Shown here: positions 31,447 through 32,000 of the stretch, piece by piece | Layout of the letters: each line of letters begins with the position of its first letter | How positions within the stretch are numbered: position 1 is the stretch's first letter | Position numbers and translations under genes: made by a program | From: Candidatus Nanogingivalaceae bacterium | GTDB lineage: Bacteria > Patescibacteriota > Saccharimonadia > Saccharimonadales > Saccharimonadaceae | Assembly (NCBI GenBank): GCA_015257795.3 | Contig: CP072208.2 | Location: forward strand, 420,001-452,000 | Reading direction: 5' to 3' | DNA length: 32,000 nucleotides | The notes under the pieces: model-generated | Told to the model about the DNA's origin: nothing | Database searches by the model: none | The model's input: the letters and a program-made list of their open reading frames with translations, nothing else

Positions 31447-32000
31447 TTAGTCTTTAAGCACCACACACTCTTCACCAAGTAGCAAAACCAACTCTTTAAG
31501 TAGTTTCGAACTCGCATCAACTTTAAAGCGCATTCGAATTGCAGATTTTTCAACTTCACCAAGAACCAAGATTACCTCACTCATTCCAGGGAATTTTTCA
31601 CAGATTTTCCTTATCGAAAGCAAAGATTTATGATCGCTTGGATTCTTTATGTGCAAAAATACCCTTTGTATTTTTTCTGCCTGATAATTTTCCGCCGATC
31701 GAGACTTGTCTAGCGTCTTATTTGTATCTTGTGTTTTTAAAGTTGTTCCACTATTTTTTTGCGTGAATGTATGTTTTTTCCCATTCGAAACTCTTTGAGA
31801 AACAGTCTTAGTTTGTGGTACTTTTCTAGTCTTCAAGCCTTCTGCACGATGGCCAGTTGATTCATAATTCTCCAATTCTTCATCTGTTATAACCGAAACT
31901 GTTTCAGCAATAATTTGCGCATCTGGTTTTAAATTACCATCACGATCTCTTGCTGACACTTTGCCTTCAATTTTTAATACGGCATCAATATTTAACCTAT
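31447..32000 (-). CDS. dnaE: Probable C-terminal end of DNA polymerase III alpha subunit (partial; continues beyond window end)
   Basis: The frame is open upstream of the track's GTG at 31959. My translation of 31960-31998 gives RLNIDAVLKIEGK, continuing into VSARDRDGNLK. That is an OB-fold-end pattern, and the tail (PGMSEVILVLGEVEKSAIRMRFKVDASSKLLKELVLLLGEECVVLKD) resembles DnaE C-termini. I recognise it from memory only. Confidence 0.5.
   Translation of the reverse strand, partial: RLNIDAVLKIEGKVSARDRDGNLKPDAQIIAETVSVITDEELENYESTGHRAEGLKTRKVPQTKTVSQRVSNGKKHTFTQKNSGTTLKTQDTNKTLDKSRSAENYQAEKIQRVFLHIKNPSDHKSLLSIRKICEKFPGMSEVILVLGEVEKSAIRMRFKVDASSKLLKELVLLLGEECVVLKD

Noticed and set aside
1-32000. 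Idea that the TTCGAA excess merely reflects a frequent Phe-Glu dipeptide
   Set aside because: Copies occur in all three reading phases (Phe-Glu, x-Arg(CGA)-x, x-Ser(TCG)-Lys/Asn), on both coding strands and in two intergenic sites. A codon-pair-level explanation still needs a proper shuffling test.
1-32000. Alternative genetic code (UGA recoding, as in some candidate-phylum bacteria)
   Set aside because: TGA is used as a genuine stop, for example by the PfkB kinase (1748-1750) and the trmH-like gene (17706-17708). All conserved proteins are full length under the standard bacterial code.
1-32000. CRISPR arrays, IS elements, integrases, prophage or classic defence islands, including integration at the two tRNA genes
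   Set aside because: I saw no regularly spaced direct repeats and no transposase, integrase or recombinase-like ORFs. I also saw no duplicated tRNA 3' ends flanking either tRNA.

Overview
AT-rich (about 35-40 % GC by eye), very compact bacterial chromosome segment. About 90 % is coding, with short or overlapping gene junctions. I saw no rRNA, CRISPR array, transposase or integrase. The content is mostly housekeeping. It includes uvrB (5' part), a six-gene sugar-phosphate operon (LOG-like, unknown, PfkB kinase, Rpe-like, RpiB, GAPDH) and a short Rel (p)ppGpp enzyme. It also holds ppa, PIN/TRAM yacL, radA, a secreted DUF1524/HNH nuclease, an RNase HII-YraN fusion, rplS and a lone PilB/GspE ATPase. 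Further genes are trmH-like, NUDIX, murF, a histidine phosphatase, an alpha/beta hydrolase, gltX, a sortase with a long Q/N-rich N-terminus, a DAG/lipid kinase, an M20 peptidase, a PEGA-domain surface protein, eno and the 3' end of a probable dnaE. There are two tRNAs, Leu-CAA and Gly-GCC. Several small orphan genes carry their own promoter and terminator. The reduced domain architectures, gene fusions, sortase, type IV pilus ATPase and nucleic-acid scavenging flavour suggest a reduced-genome, possibly episymbiotic bacterium (Patescibacteria/CPR-like); this is inference only. The most unusual signal is not a gene. The 8-bp palindrome TTTCGAAA (core TTCGAA) occurs about 30 times (core about 67 times) in 32 kb, against roughly 1 (and 11) expected. 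It appears in all three codon phases and on both coding strands, much like the cyanobacterial HIP1 iterated palindrome or a DNA uptake sequence. Other notable points: near-consensus sigma70-type promoters sit 6-8 nt from start codons, implying many leaderless mRNAs. tRNA-Gly carries a compensatory U19:A56 elbow pair. RNase HII and YraN are fused. The operon suggests a nucleotide-to-pentose-to-glycolysis salvage route. All counts were made by eye and need computational confirmation.
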